64,000 bases of DNA from Anthoceros angustus (GCA_010909165.1 MU008180.1:185884-249883); one strand, 5' to 3'; positions 24,770-37,058 are shown, counted from the first letter of the stretch. Numbers and translations are program-made. The notes: generated by a model not told the origin, from the sequence alone.

Positions 24770-25300
24770 TTAGGCTAGGATCTCGGAATGAGCTCGCCTT
24801 CCCTCCTGCATGTCTCCAAAGCTGCCACAAGCTTTCAGCATGCCCTCAATGTGAGATTGAACTAATGCCAAGCTTTTAGGGATTGTTCAACAATCCCTTG
24901 CTGACTCTACCCTGCAGTTTTAGAAGAATACCATGTCCATGATTCTGGCTGCAAGATGGTCAAACACTTTGTGAGCTTCTACCGGTCTCCAACAGCTGCT
25001 CTAAGTGTCTGGTAGACTGCTCGCAACCGCTGGCATCCAATTTCTGGAACCTTACCAGGATGTGGGATGGGATGTGCTTCCCTTTCTTTAGAGCTTCGAT
25101 ATAGCCACATGCTCGTAGTATGTTCGCATCAAATCCATGACGTGCCATAAAGTTCCATCCGAGTTTCAGTGCCCTCCTGACCAAAGGTGATGCAAGAAGT
25201 AACGTGCTTCAGACCAGCACAATTTTGCTCTGCAGGTTGTCAAACACCCTTTGAGAATACATGCTAGCCAGAGTGTTGGCCAAAAAGATGAGAGGGTGGA
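24770..25300 (-). pseudogene. Degraded PLS-class PPR gene fragment
   Basis: IFLANTLASMYSQRVFDNL, ILRACGYIEALKKGKHI, VEAHKVFDHL and MLKACGSFGDMQEGRRAHSEI occur in different frames with stops and deletions. Confidence 0.75.
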
Positions 25301-25622
25301 AGTATCTTACACGGAAGACACTCATGTGCACACCATCGTCATTGTGACTCCTTCTGATCCTATCAGGATTGTACCATCCTTGTAGCGAAGGGCATAATGT
25401 GACTTAGCCTCCGCTGCACGCCTGATAGGCAACATCCTGCACGGCATCCAGTCCTCCTCGTGTTTACGACGCAAAGGCACAATCAGTATAGCGTGGTTGG
25501 GCAGACCGGTTGCCAAGTGGCCATCAATTAGGGTTTATGCCTCCTTCCCCTTACCCCTTTTATAGAACAAAGGTAACGAGCATTCTCGGTGGAGAGCCGG
25601 ACTGCGGAAGCGAATTCTCTCG

Positions 25623-26468
25623 ATGGCGGCTTCGTGGAAATGCGTGCGGCAGTTGCTGGGAAGAATTGCATCTCGGCCAGCAGCTGTACAATCTCCGCGG
25701 GATCGAAGAGCTTTGACAACCTTAGCAGGAGCGGTACATCAACAGAGGGTTGTGAAATCTGGCTGCATGGCATCACACAGGTGTTCCTGGTGGTCAGGGG
25801 TCAGGGGTTCTTCTGCCCTATGGCGTCCTCATGCTGCCGGGCAGAGCAGGGGTATGTTCATTCAAACGGAGACAACTCCCAACCCGTTGTCCTTGATGTT
25901 TCATCCAGGAAAGCCGGTGATGGAAGTTGGCAGTGCGGATTTCCCGAATGCCCGTGTGGCAGTGACATCGCCGCTTGCCAAGGCTTTGTTCAGGATAGAT
26001 GGAGTGACACGCGTGTTCTTCGGCTCGAATTTTGTGACTGTGACCAAGGCTGAGGAACAGCCGTGGGAGATTTTAAAGCCAGAGATCTTTGCAGCAATTA
26101 TGGATTTTTACTCAACAGGCGAGCCCTTGTTTACTGATGCGCAGACTCTAGCTGCTTCTGACACCGCCATACATGAAGATGACGATGAGACTGTGGCCAT
26201 GATCAAGGAGCTGCTGGAGACCAGGATCCGCCCTGCCGTGCAGGATGATGGCGGGGACATAGAGTACCGGGGCTTTGATCCTGAGTCAGGGATAGTAACC
26301 TTAAAGATGCAAGGCGCTTGTAGCGGATGTCCCAGCTCCGCCGTCACCCTGAAGTCCGGGATTGAGAATATGCTGATGCACTACGTGACAGAGGTGAAAG
26401 GCGTGAAGGAAGCAGTTGACTCTGATGATGAAGACGAGGGAAGCGTTGCAGAAGGGCAATCCAGATGA
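25623..26468 (+). CDS. NFU4: Mitochondrial NifU-like Fe-S carrier (NFU4/NFU5 type), single exon, 281 aa
   Basis: An R/S-rich presequence precedes the N-domain [16 protein letters not shown] and the NifU domain [14 protein letters not shown]...[23 protein letters not shown] with its CxxC. Confidence 0.96.
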   Translation: MAASWKCVRQLLGRIASRPAAVQSPRDRRALTTLAGAVHQQRVVKSGCMASHRCSWWSGVRGSSALWRPHAAGQSRGMFIQTETTPNPLSLMFHPGKPVMEVGSADFPNARVAVTSPLAKALFRIDGVTRVFFGSNFVTVTKAEEQPWEILKPEIFAAIMDFYSTGEPLFTDAQTLAASDTAIHEDDDETVAMIKELLETRIRPAVQDDGGDIEYRGFDPESGIVTLKMQGACSGCPSSAVTLKSGIENMLMHYVTEVKGVKEAVDSDDEDEGSVAEGQSR

Positions 26469-28157
26469 ACTTGGTTTCGGATTCGGAACTTTAGGGCTGC
26501 TACTTATTGTGTGAGTCTACGCTTTGTCGGCCGGTAATCATGTAACATTCTACTTACCATTTGCCTGGATCGAGAGCTGTAGGTAGTGACTCTGGTAGGG
26601 ACTACTCCGACGGTTCATCAGCTTGCATCTGTGTCCACGGAGCAGAAAGAAACCCGCAGGATTTTTACAACAACTTTCTCTTTCATGGCCTCGCGTCCGA
26701 GCTTTTATGGCCGGTTTCTGATTGGATAATGACCTCTGTCCAGTACATGTACAGAAGGGCAGGTGGCGAGCACACACTCACGCAGGGTACAGATGTAGAG
26801 TGTTGTTATGTGTGGCTTTTCAGGAAGAGAGCAAGAGACGCAAGGCAAACGCATAAATACTTCGGTGGACAGCGAACAGGTAGTACAAAGTTATAAAATA
26901 ATATGTAAAATGCAATGCAGTCCACGTTACCCAAGATGTAGATGTTTTCTAGTGCAGGCATCACGTATGTCGCCTTCTGATTCACGTGTGGTCGACGTTT
27001 GGCGAGTGCTGTTGTACCCTCGTGGCTCGGGGCAGCGGCAGCAGGACGAATCGGAGAGCCTTAAAAGATCTGCCATGTCAGGAGTTTGGTTTGTGGATGT
27101 GGTTTGCATCGTCCAACAAAATGAGCTTGTGTGGACAGGAACCGGGCTTCACAGCCGGTGCACACTTCAAACCTTTGGACACCTACCGGCTCTCAGACAT
27201 GTTGTGGTGCAGCGAGTGCCGTCCTTGCTGTGCACTAGCAGTTACATGGGCATGGCTTTGTCGGTCTGGCCATGATGTCATGAGGAATCAGGCAAAGAGG
27301 CCTGGGCCAACCATCTGGCAATCGTTGTCGTTCGACAACCTGTTTTGCAGGAAGCGGCTTTTCAAGTTGCGCAGCCTGCCTCCAGTCTCTTCATCGCTGT
27401 GGTGGGGCATAGCTGGAGGACACAGCATTCTGCAAAACGGAAGGTGCTGACTCGGCTGGGTGAGAGCTGAGACGCTATTATCTGGAGTCCTGGAGACGTT
27501 ATTGGAGTGAGCTAAATAAAGGGAAGTCTTCCTTCCGAGGTGAAAGGAGCGAATGGTTGCCCCACAAGATCGAATCTGTGCAGCGCTTTGTGAGGCCTGC
27601 TTATCAGAATGGCGTTGGTCTGGCTACTACCTACGTAATCCTAAAACTTGGCAGTCCAGGATTCAAGTGATCCTACGTCGGCCTACAGTGAGGAGTTGGC
27701 AAGCCGATCCAGTGAGTCAGCGGGAATCGGTAGAGCAGGATGTGATTCCGCCGACCAGGAGAAGGTTTTTGGGCACTTCGTTCACTTTACTTGCCGTGCC
27801 AGTGCCATATTCGTATGTGGCGCCAAGTCTGGGTGAGGCCTCCCTTGGCTCTCGCCTCGGCCTCATACGCACGTATCGTTCTACACATCAACCACCTGTG
27901 TCGAGGCTCCGAGTCCCTTTCCGCCTGGTGGAAGGAAGGTGTATAAAACGTCATGCCATGGCCTGGTTCCAGTAGACGGTCCGAGCAGGCGACACGGGCT
28001 CGGCGTGACCCCTTCCCGGCAGAGCTGGCCTACAGGCTCGTCTGGACTTGCGTTGTCCGGGACCAGCGATTTGAGTAGCTGAGGAAATCCTGTGGGAGTT
28101 GGCTTGTCCAGCGATTCGGGCAGCTTTCGGTTGAGAGTGAGTGTGGGAGGAATCGCC

Positions 28158-28873
28158 ATGGGCGAGGGGTCGATCACGGACGTGGAAAATGGGCGAGGGG
28201 GAAGGAAGTACGAGTCCCTGGGCGCCCGCCGGTGGAATTCGCACGAAGAGCTCTCGACCAGCCTCCTGGGCAGAGGGGGCGAATCCGGGAGCAAACTGTC
28301 CTGGAAGAACTGCCTGTGCAACCAGAAGAACCTGGCGGTGATTGCAGGGCCGACACTGGCCATTTGCAGCATCGCTTTGTCGCGAATCCTCAATGGGCAG
28401 CAGCCCCCGGAGGTGGCTGCCCAAAACATCAAGATCTGGTCCATGCTCGGAGCCGCGATCTGGATCTGTTTCTGGTGGCTGACGGGGGCGGTTCCCGTGG
28501 CCATCACTGCGCTCATCCCGCTCTTCCTGTTCCCCCTGTTGGACATTCGGGATTGCGACACCGTGGCCAAGGTGTACATGAATGATACCATCGCGCTCTT
28601 CCTCGGCTCCTTCATCATGGCCTTGGCTGTGGAGCACCACAACGTGCACAAGCGCCTGGCGCTCAAAATCCTGCTCCTTTTCGGGGGCAAGAACATGGAC
28701 CCCCACTTTCTCGTCCTGGGCTTCTGCGTTGGCCCCGCCTTTGTGAGTATGTGGATTTCCAACACCGCAGCTGCCGTCATGATGGTTCCCATGGCCCTGG
28801 GCGTGGTGCGCAAGGTGAAGGAAGGCGCATCGCACAACATCCACAGCTCCACTGTGGCAGATTTCAAGGAAGG

Positions 28874-28913
<40 letters not shown>

Positions 28914-30415
28914 AACCAGGACGACATTGTGCCTGCCGAGACGCCTGAGCCTCTCATGCTCTACTGCCGGGGACTGATGCTTGCCATCGCCTACGCTGTG
29001 GCCATCGGAGGCCTGTCCACGCTCACGGGAACCGGGCCCAATTTGATTCTGGCGGGAATGTGGAAGAGCATGTTTCCAGAGGCTGCGCCGATCACCTACT
29101 TGCAGTGGTTTCTGTTCGCTTTCCCTCTAGGCCTCATCTACCTCCTCGTCCTGTGGCTTCTGCTCATCTGGTGGTACTGCCCCGAGCCCACGTCTACTCT
29201 AGTCTCGGCTTCCTTGCATCGGTCTGTCATCGAACAAGAGTACAAAAATCTCGGTAAGTGACTTCAGTCCTCTATCTGGCCTCCAATTGCATCAAGCATC
29301 CATTGATTTCACTAATCGAGACGATCTCGTGAGCAGGCCCGATCTCCTTCGCAGAAAAGACAGTCCTCTCTTCTTTCACTGTAAAGTGGTCCATCGTTCT
29401 CTCTAAGCTGTGAAATCTTGCCATTTTCGTTGCGAGGGAAGGAAATGTGCATGAGCTGACACTTCTTATTGTACAGGTTCTCGCTCTCCTGTGGATAACG
29501 AGGTCTGTTGGTGATTATGGATGGGGAAACTACTTCAACGGCCTTGCTGGCGATGGCACAGTCAGCGTAAGCAATTCCAGGCCCTCCTCTTTCGTCCATG
29601 AACAAGTCCACCACTACCCCTGGAATCTCAATTTCAGTGAACGTTCCATCTTGCAGATTATGATGGCAATGGTGCTGTTCATGATACCTGACTGCAAATC
29701 CCAAGGGGAGAAGCTCATGAGCTGGAAACTGTGCAAGAACCTGCCATGGGACATTGTTCTCCTCCTCGGCGGAGGTACCAATGAACTCCAGCATGCGAAG
29801 CGCTCTGCAAACATGAATACATGATGTTCCACTCACCAATTCTGGTTTCCCGCAGGTTTTGCTTTGGCAGATGGAATTCAGGCCAGCGGACTGGCGGACT
29901 GGGTGACAGTGCGGCTCCACTTTCTGGACTCTCTGCCATATCTGCTGATCGCGCCCGTGGTGGCGGTGCTGGTCACCTTGCTCACCCAGTTCACTTCCAA
30001 CAACTCCGCTGCCACCATCTTCCTTCCCCTTCTAGCTCAGGTGGCCATATCCATGCATGCCAACCCACTGCTCTTCATGATTCCAGCTACCTTGGGAGCC
30101 TCCTTCGCCTTCACACTACCCATTTCCACTCCACCCAACGCCATCGCCTTCTCCACTGGATTGGTTCCCATGAAGGACATGGCCCGGTTCGGGCTGGTTT
30201 TGATCCTCATCGGGCTCCTCCTCCTCGGCGTAGCCATCCCCACCTTAGGTCAGTTTTTCCCCTTTCGTTCGTGGCTCCGGAGATACTTTTTCGGCTGTTC
30301 TTATTCTGACCTTCTGAGTTGGGGTGCAGGTAGTACGGTTTTTGGACTCTCATCACCTTTTATCTCACATCACCACTGGAGTATGCCATCCCCCGTTCAC
30401 CAGTATCTGGATTGA
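28158..30415 (+). CDS. TDT: Tonoplast dicarboxylate transporter (DASS/SLC13 family), 6 exons
   Basis: Motifs are AVPVAITALIP, FVSMWISNTAAAVMMVPMA, IGGLSTLTGTGPNLIL, LPWDIVLLLGG, FTSNNSAATIFLP and LPISTPPNAIAF. Exon 1 spans 28158-29253 and the GT-AG introns keep the frame. Confidence 0.95.
28878..28913 (+). repeat. (CAG)11CAA microsatellite encoding Q12 in TDT
   Basis: Read directly from the sequence. Confidence 0.95.
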
Positions 30416-30768
30416 GCAACAGATCAGCTGCTGAAGCTGGGATGGCCTTCATTTGTGTCCATTGCATGAATTGTATGCCCACCGTTGTACCAATATCCGA
30501 TAAACCACAACGCTAACTTCAGGAAGTATGCGTTCTAGGATTGTGTAACAATATATTTTGTTAGTAATCGAGGTTTCGTTTAGGTGACAGAGCAGGTTGT
30601 TCAAGTTCATAAGCAAGGAGCCCAAACGGCAATGATTGTTTCCTGCTCAATTTGTGCATTGTTGCCCTAGGTTGGAAGATGAAACTGCAAGTTCACAGCT
30701 TCAAGAGTCAGCCATTTGTGTAGGATCAATACTGTCACTACGCGTGAACATGGGTGAAATTTTCTGGA

Positions 30769-31545
30769 TCAGAATTTTCCCACCACATGAGCAACGCCCG
30801 TCGAGCCAAAACCTCCACCACCTCTCACTGTTTCGCTCAGTTCTTCCACTTCAACAACCTCAGGTGTGATGATCCGCTCAAGGATAAGTTGGGCGATCCT
30901 ATCTCCTGCCTTAATGACAAAGTCTACATCGGACAAGTTGAAAAGAATCACCCCCAGGGGCCCACGGTAATCAGAATCCACCACCCCTGCACCAACATCG
31001 ATAGAGTGCTTCCATGCCAGACCGGATCGGGGAGCTGCAAGAGAAATCCAGAATGATGGGAGTGGTTTCATCACTTTAGCCGCCCACATTATTAGACAAA
31101 GTACACCAAGGAGGAAATACCTATTCGGCCGTACGTGTCCTGTGGCACGGCTATTGACAAGTCGGTTTTGATGAAGGCCTTCCCTCTCGCAGGCACCACA
31201 TCATCGTATGCACTGCACGGGGAACCAGGCAACCTTAAGCCAGACAATCCTCGCTTGCTTGGTAGCATGAAGTACAACATCTCAAGACCATAGCAGCAAA
31301 AGAGTCGCAACGATTCTGAAACATATTTTTGATTCAACAACTGAGTCTAGAACAGCTAGAAACCTGGAAATGTCGTAACCAGCAGCGAAGGCAGAACCCC
31401 TGGATGGCAGAATAGCATGCTCCGACAGCCGCTTCACCTGCAGGGCTGGTGGGGCAGCAACCGAAAGCTTGTCATACTCCCCGATTTCCTGCTTCTGAGT
31501 GATCTTAAGAAACTTCGATGGCGGCTCGGCCACAACGTCAGCCAT
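30769..31545 (-). CDS. DUT: Trimeric dUTPase, 3 exons
   Basis: Motifs are [66 protein letters not shown] and [10 protein letters not shown], with two GT-AG introns. Confidence 0.97.
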
Positions 31546-31742
31546 GGGTGTCCCGGAACTCGGCAATAACAGACTCCGCCTGCTGACTGCCTGCAACCTG
31601 GTCCCCCAACAGCAGAGAGCCTATTGCCACAGCAGTGTCACAAAAGCTGACCGAGACAGCCCTCCAGACAACAAAGAAAGGCTGCCTTCTTGCTTCGCCC
31701 GGAGCAACCGGCCAGCAGGAAGGGCACGGCAGCATTTACATA

Positions 31743-31756
31743 TTTGGCGCGGGAAT
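31743..31756. promoter_or_regulatory. Overlapping E2F-type sites upstream of dUTPase
   Basis: TTTGGCGCGGGAAT, containing TTTSSCGC, about 200 bp upstream of the minus-strand ATG. Confidence 0.55.
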
Positions 31757-32930
31757 TTGGAGGGAAGAGCATTCAAGTTGCACAATGTCTAATTACGTAC
31801 AAGTCACACTGTAAAACATCACACCGTGCACCTAAATCTGAACCACGAAACGTGTTTTACTGTTCTCTTACCATTCAGAGCAGGAGGGAATGAATCCGTG
31901 TATCTTCGACTTGTACACGCCAACGGGTTGACAAGGATGCAATTGCATGTCCGTCTGACTCCCACTGTAGGGTTCACCCCTATGTATGAGCCTGATTTCT
32001 CTATACGAACACCGTGACATGTTTGGCAGCTCAGCTGATTGCTGGCATCGTTAACAGTACACCTGTGAGTGCCTGTGGACGAGGTTTTGCTGCTTGGATC
32101 CGTCTTCAGGGTTTTCTGTGACGCTGACCATCTGTGGTCCCACCCCCACCAATGCTGGATACCTTGCGACTAGGTCGTCAGCTCCTGATATGCCCCCCCG
32201 TGCTTGGGGCTTGTTTGCTTGGCGTGGTTCAGACAGTCGGTGTTGCGAGTTAAATTGTCCGTGACTCGGAATGAGCAAATTAACGGTGTATCGGATCCCC
32301 CAAGGTCTCCAGAGAATTGCTGTAAGGTTGCTGTCAAGTCTCTCGTCGGTGAGCTTTCTGATGCAGTTCTGCGATTGGTTTTCGTTCCAAGAAGGGCTTA
32401 TCCCCTGGCTCAGATGCCCCAAGAGCTCAGACAATTATATATTTTTGCTCCAGGGACCGAGAGTACTCCTGTCCGAAGCCTTGGTTGAGGAGCACAATAA
32501 TGCTGGCACTGGGGGAGGAGGGTTTGCAGTTTCATGTGGCCCGGGTATTCTTCTGGTGGCCTAACTAACGTCCCCGGTGCTGTGCTTGTTAGTTGTGAAA
32601 TAACAGATTGGTATGGGGTGCAGATTTCTCGGCTCGCACAGTCAGTGGCGGGGTTTGGTCTGGAAAGGATCGTTGTCCAAAATCAAATTCCAGACACAGC
32701 ACTACCTCATCTCCAACGGCCGCGTATTTAAGAGGTCCGAACTCCTTGCCAAGTGATGTGAATTTGGTGGTTGATAAGTGTGGTCTGAGTCTCCGGATGC
32801 TTCAGGTTGTTACCTGCAGCATGAACCAGGCAGTTCCCTTCAAATATGGAGAGTGAGAGGTCGTTTCTGGATTGTTTTGTAGGGTTTTCAGAGGACTTCT
32901 GGCAAGGCTACATCCGACATAGTGCTCCAA

Positions 32931-34346
32931 ATGTTGGTGAAGTGGCACTTGGGTAGGTTTGGATGCATCTTTTGCGCTTGCGTTCTGCTCAGGTGGTGGT
33001 TCCAGGGCAGTTGTCCGCTGAACATTTGATGTGGCTGTAGTTCTTGCAAAAATGTGACGAACCTCTGTTTTGTTTGCTTCCAGGGCCTGTAGCTCTAGCT
33101 CCTTATTTGAAGGGCATGGTTCTTTCGTCTTCGTAAAAGCGTGCCCGTGTCCATCTCTAGGCCGAAGGAAGTTCTCAGCCGCCGCAGACCAGAGTCAGGA
33201 CCGCACATGCTGGCAATGCCAAACGAAATCTCCTTCTGGGCCTTTTCTAGTCTGTTCTTCATGCAGTGCTGTTCAACCCAGAGATCACTCCATCGACTAC
33301 TTCCAGATTTTTGATTTGTAAGGTCTTTTTATTCTTTACAGCTTTTGGTGAACTAGTCCCGTTTGTTTGATTTTGTCTTAGTTTTCTTAGTCAATGATCT
33401 GCAGTCTCAACTTCAAACCTGTGCTTATTGACATGCGTGAATCTGTCCAAACTTCCTCATTTTTGGTATTTTTTGCGTTTGTGACAGAGACAGAGCTTTC
33501 AAGCTAGACACAAAGGAGTTGGAGAAAAGATACAAGAATTTGCAAAAGAAACTTCACCCAGATCTTTTCTCCAGAAAGTCTGAGGTTTGTTGCCCCTGCA
33601 CGTCAGTTATGCTGCCATGCCTATGGTGTAATGTTGACTGATCTTAGGTTGCGATCTCTGCATGCAGAGGGAGCAAGGTTATTCTGCGGATCAGTCTTCC
33701 CAAGTCATTCAGGCTTATTATACGCTTTTACGTCCATTATCCCGAGCTCAGTATATGGTAAGATAATATGCCCGTTTGCCCGAGATGTGTATGTGAATAC
33801 ACGTCTGGCTGGAATGTCTTTAAGAATGTACGCTGCATGCGTTCCTCACAGAGAATATGATATGGTTGAGCACAGCTCGAGATTCAAGGACTGAAGATTG
33901 AAGAAGCGGAGACGGTCACTGACCATGGGCTGCTTATGCAGGTAGGTTGCCCTGCCTGTCCTGCTATTGCTCTTTTCCATTTTATACTTTCGTTCTTGAT
34001 CCTTTCCTTGACCCGTTGTAGATCATGGAGACACGAGAGGCAATAGAAGAGGCAAAAGATAGCTCAGGGTTGCGGCAGATACTGGAAGATGTATACCTCT
34101 ACCTTTTTAACATATTTGTAGCTCAGTGGAATCTCTATAGACCGATTTCAGAAGTTTTTATGGGTTGTATATCAGGATACTGATTTGGGTCGATGACCTT
34201 CGTTTCAGAACAAGGCAAGAATTCAAGAAACAGAAGACGTCTTGGTGGATGCCTTCGACAAGGAGGATCTGTCAACTGCCAGGCAAGCAGTTCAGCGCAT
34301 GACTTATTTTCAGCGAGTTGTAGAGGAGATCACGAAAAAATTGTAA
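32931..34346 (+). CDS. HSCB: HscB/HSC20 Fe-S biogenesis J-domain co-chaperone; 5' end uncertain
   Basis: The zinc finger CWQC...CSSCSAVQP.....DYFQIF is followed by J-domain YKNLQKKLHPD, YYTLLRPLSRAQY and C-terminal MTYFQRVVEEITKKL*. Six exons are resolved from about 33084. The ATG at 32931 is tentative. Confidence 0.9.
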
Positions 34347-35241
34347 TGTGTCTACTAGCTAGCTGGGCGATCTGAGTTCAGAGGACGCGTTTGCCCAGGA
34401 GGGCACGAAAACGTTGGGCAGTAATCTGGCGGTTCAGGGTTCAGGCTGAGGCGAAATTTCAAAGATGGCATGTGCGGGACAACTGTAACAGAAAAGCCAC
34501 GCAAATTGACTTATATTATCATCAGTGATGACTTTTGCCATCAGTGGTGAGGATTGAAAATAGGCAACAAGGGCCCGCGCGAGGGATTTGGTAATGTGCA
34601 CACCTATTTCCTCTTTATCAGCGATATGGACTTTGATTGGATAGATTCTTTCTGCCGCCTCTAAAACCTAGAAGAGCACTGAAGGCAGTTAGTGTAAAAA
34701 CAAACAAACGATTTACACGTGATACGTGCCTCTCACCTACAAGGTGGAGAATGGTAAGAGGAACAAATCTCGAGCGCAGACGAGTTAAACGAAAACAAGT
34801 ATACCAAGAACAATGTGAACTCCAGACCCCACAATTAGCTGAATTTGTGAAACAACCACCTAAACCTAGACGATACTCAAACCAGAGCTGCAGTGCTTGC
34901 CTTATGTGCAAGAAGTGCTTGACGTGCATCATCTTAGAACCTCAAGAACGTCCAAAATTCCTTCCCAACACTGTAACTGAATCGTGCTAGCAGTCTCAGT
35001 TCAGCGTGAGCGCCCAGGGTGCAGAAATCAACTCCTCACATTGGCAGTCATCAGAAAGCTTGAAGTACTGACTACTGTACTGTCTTGTGATTCTGAAGAC
35101 GATTAGAAAAGCTTGGGAAATCAACTGCCTTGTATGTTGGGCATGACGTTCCGCCAGCAGCCCAAAAAGCTGTACATCGAAAGTCCATCTCCCGCAAGCT
35201 AAGAGGTCAGAGATACGCCCTCCCATTCTCATCACATCACC

Positions 35242-37023
35242 CTACAGCTGACGGTAGGACGAGTTGGCAGGAAGAGCATTTGCGACATAGTCTGTCGTCT
35301 TTGATGCAGGCTTCATCCCAGCTCCCTTGAGCTCAAACACAGATCCCAAGTCCATGGCTCTCTTACTTTTGAGAAACAATCTATGCTTGTTCTCAAGGCT
35401 GTTAGTTGGAAGAGGCCTTCTTGTACCTGAAACTGCTGTTTCACCACAGTTCCTCATACTAGCGGGAGTCTCCATCACAACCACGTCAGGGGAGCCGGTT
35501 GGTCTGATAGTCAAAATATTTCTCCTGGACACTGATGGAGTCTCCAGCACTCTTCTTCTGGGACTATGAGACACCGATGGAGTCTCCAGAATAGTTATTT
35601 TCGACCTGTGGCACGCCACTGGAGTCTCTGGAATTGTTCTTGCAAAATCATGGAACACCAATGGCGTCTCCGGGACCACATCTGCCTTCGCAGGCTCCAT
35701 GTGTCTTGCTCTCTTCCGCCTCTGAGAAGGAACAAAACTTTTCGGCCGTTTCATAGGGGGCAGGACACTGATCTTCTTTAGGGCCTCCACTGCTCTGCTT
35801 TTACCAAAATGGGACAGCCTTCGTGCTCTTTCCCTCTTCTTCTGGCACTCGTCCTCGGACTGCTTACTACAGTCAACGTCCTTACCGCACTGCGCAGATA
35901 GAGGAACTCCAGGCATCTCCTTCAGAAACACAGCAACCTTAGTGTTTCCGCTCAGGCTCTTCTTAATGCCGGCTTTCAGGCTCGGAGCTGAAGACTGCCA
36001 GTCGGATATAGGAATTTCTGTCTCGGCAGAACATTCCGGAGTGGCTGCAGCCTCCACCGTGTTCGGGACATCCATGTCTCCTAACTCCTCATTGAATCCG
36101 AGAAACTCCATTTGCGTGAATATCTGCTTCACAACTTCAGGCATGCTTCCAGAATATCGAATACCGATCACCCTTTCCGCATAGTCCATCAAACTCTCAC
36201 CATCCACCACATCAAGAGTGAACTGAACATTATCCAGCAAATCACACACTTCATCCAAGAGCCTCCCGTACTCTTCCCTCCAAACTGACTGGAAGGCAAA
36301 AATGATCTCCATCCGAAACAGCAGTTGAAGCTCCTGAGCTCTAAGTTTCTCCCGCGCGTCACCAGCAGACCCAGTTTCGGTGCCTCCAAGAAGCAATCCG
36401 ACTAAACGTTGAGCCACTTCCAACTCGCCACCAGCCCCCGCTTCCTCCCCGCTGGACACCAGCTGCAGCGCCTTTATTCCAGTCGACACCATCTCCTTGG
36501 CAAATTCATGCACATCCAAAGCAGCATTGCAGACACAATGCAAGACCTTCTCAGGTACGGCTCCAATAAACAACTGCGCGTCCCTAACAGTCATCTTCCC
36601 GGGCATATCCTCCTGTCCCGCTCCGACCACCGCACTGTCATCCCTCAAGGAAGCTGTCCTCCGCCAGCTACTCGAATCCTCCTCCCCTCCACTGCTCCTG
36701 ACGACATCGCATTCTGCGGTCACAGGGGCCATGCTGGAGCCCTCCGCAAAGGCGCTCTTCTCCAGATCACTGAATCCTGGTGCGGCTGAGCTCCTCTCCC
36801 CGTCGCCGACGCATGTTCTGTAATTACTCTCTTCAAGAGCGTTGAGGCACGACGTAGCTGGAAGCTCCTCCACCGGGCTCACCCCTTCTGTGGGAAAACC
36901 ATGCTCACCACTACGGCCTCCAAGTTCGACCTCTCCTCCTTCCGCCGATCCTACAGGGGAGCTAGAGCCATCATCGTCCTTGTCCGAGGGCCGCTTCCTC
37001 TTTTTGGAGGCCCTTGGCGCCAT
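35242..37023 (-). CDS. Treslin/Sld3-like replication initiation factor (STD domain plus CDK-site repeats), single exon, 593 aa
   Basis: QELQLLFRMEI...LDEVCDLLDNV...LMDYAERVIGIRYSGSMPEVVKQIFTQMEF resembles the Treslin STD helices. It has five hydrophobic-x-E-T-P motifs and an N-terminal KKRKR NLS. Confidence 0.7.
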   Translation of the reverse strand: MAPRASKKRKRPSDKDDDGSSSPVGSAEGGEVELGGRSGEHGFPTEGVSPVEELPATSCLNALEESNYRTCVGDGERSSAAPGFSDLEKSAFAEGSSMAPVTAECDVVRSSGGEEDSSSWRRTASLRDDSAVVGAGQEDMPGKMTVRDAQLFIGAVPEKVLHCVCNAALDVHEFAKEMVSTGIKALQLVSSGEEAGAGGELEVAQRLVGLLLGGTETGSAGDAREKLRAQELQLLFRMEIIFAFQSVWREEYGRLLDEVCDLLDNVQFTLDVVDGESLMDYAERVIGIRYSGSMPEVVKQIFTQMEFLGFNEELGDMDVPNTVEAAATPECSAETEIPISDWQSSAPSLKAGIKKSLSGNTKVAVFLKEMPGVPLSAQCGKDVDCSKQSEDECQKKRERARRLSHFGKSRAVEALKKISVLPPMKRPKSFVPSQRRKRARHMEPAKADVVPETPLVFHDFARTIPETPVACHRSKITILETPSVSHSPRRRVLETPSVSRRNILTIRPTGSPDVVVMETPASMRNCGETAVSGTRRPLPTNSLENKHRLFLKSKRAMDLGSVFELKGAGMKPASKTTDYVANALPANSSYRQL

Positions 37024-37058
37024 AGCTGTTCCTTCAGCGGCACGGAGCTCATACGAGC

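Noticed and set aside
27881-28957. Minus-strand poly-Cys and poly-Leu ORFs, and similar ORFs at 37177-37605
   Set aside because: They are antisense shadows of the CAG tract in TDT and the GAG tract in GTF3C4.
30769-31545. Viral or retroelement-borne dUTPase
   Set aside because: It has spliceosomal introns, an E2F-type promoter site and host-gene neighbours, so it is an ordinary nuclear gene.
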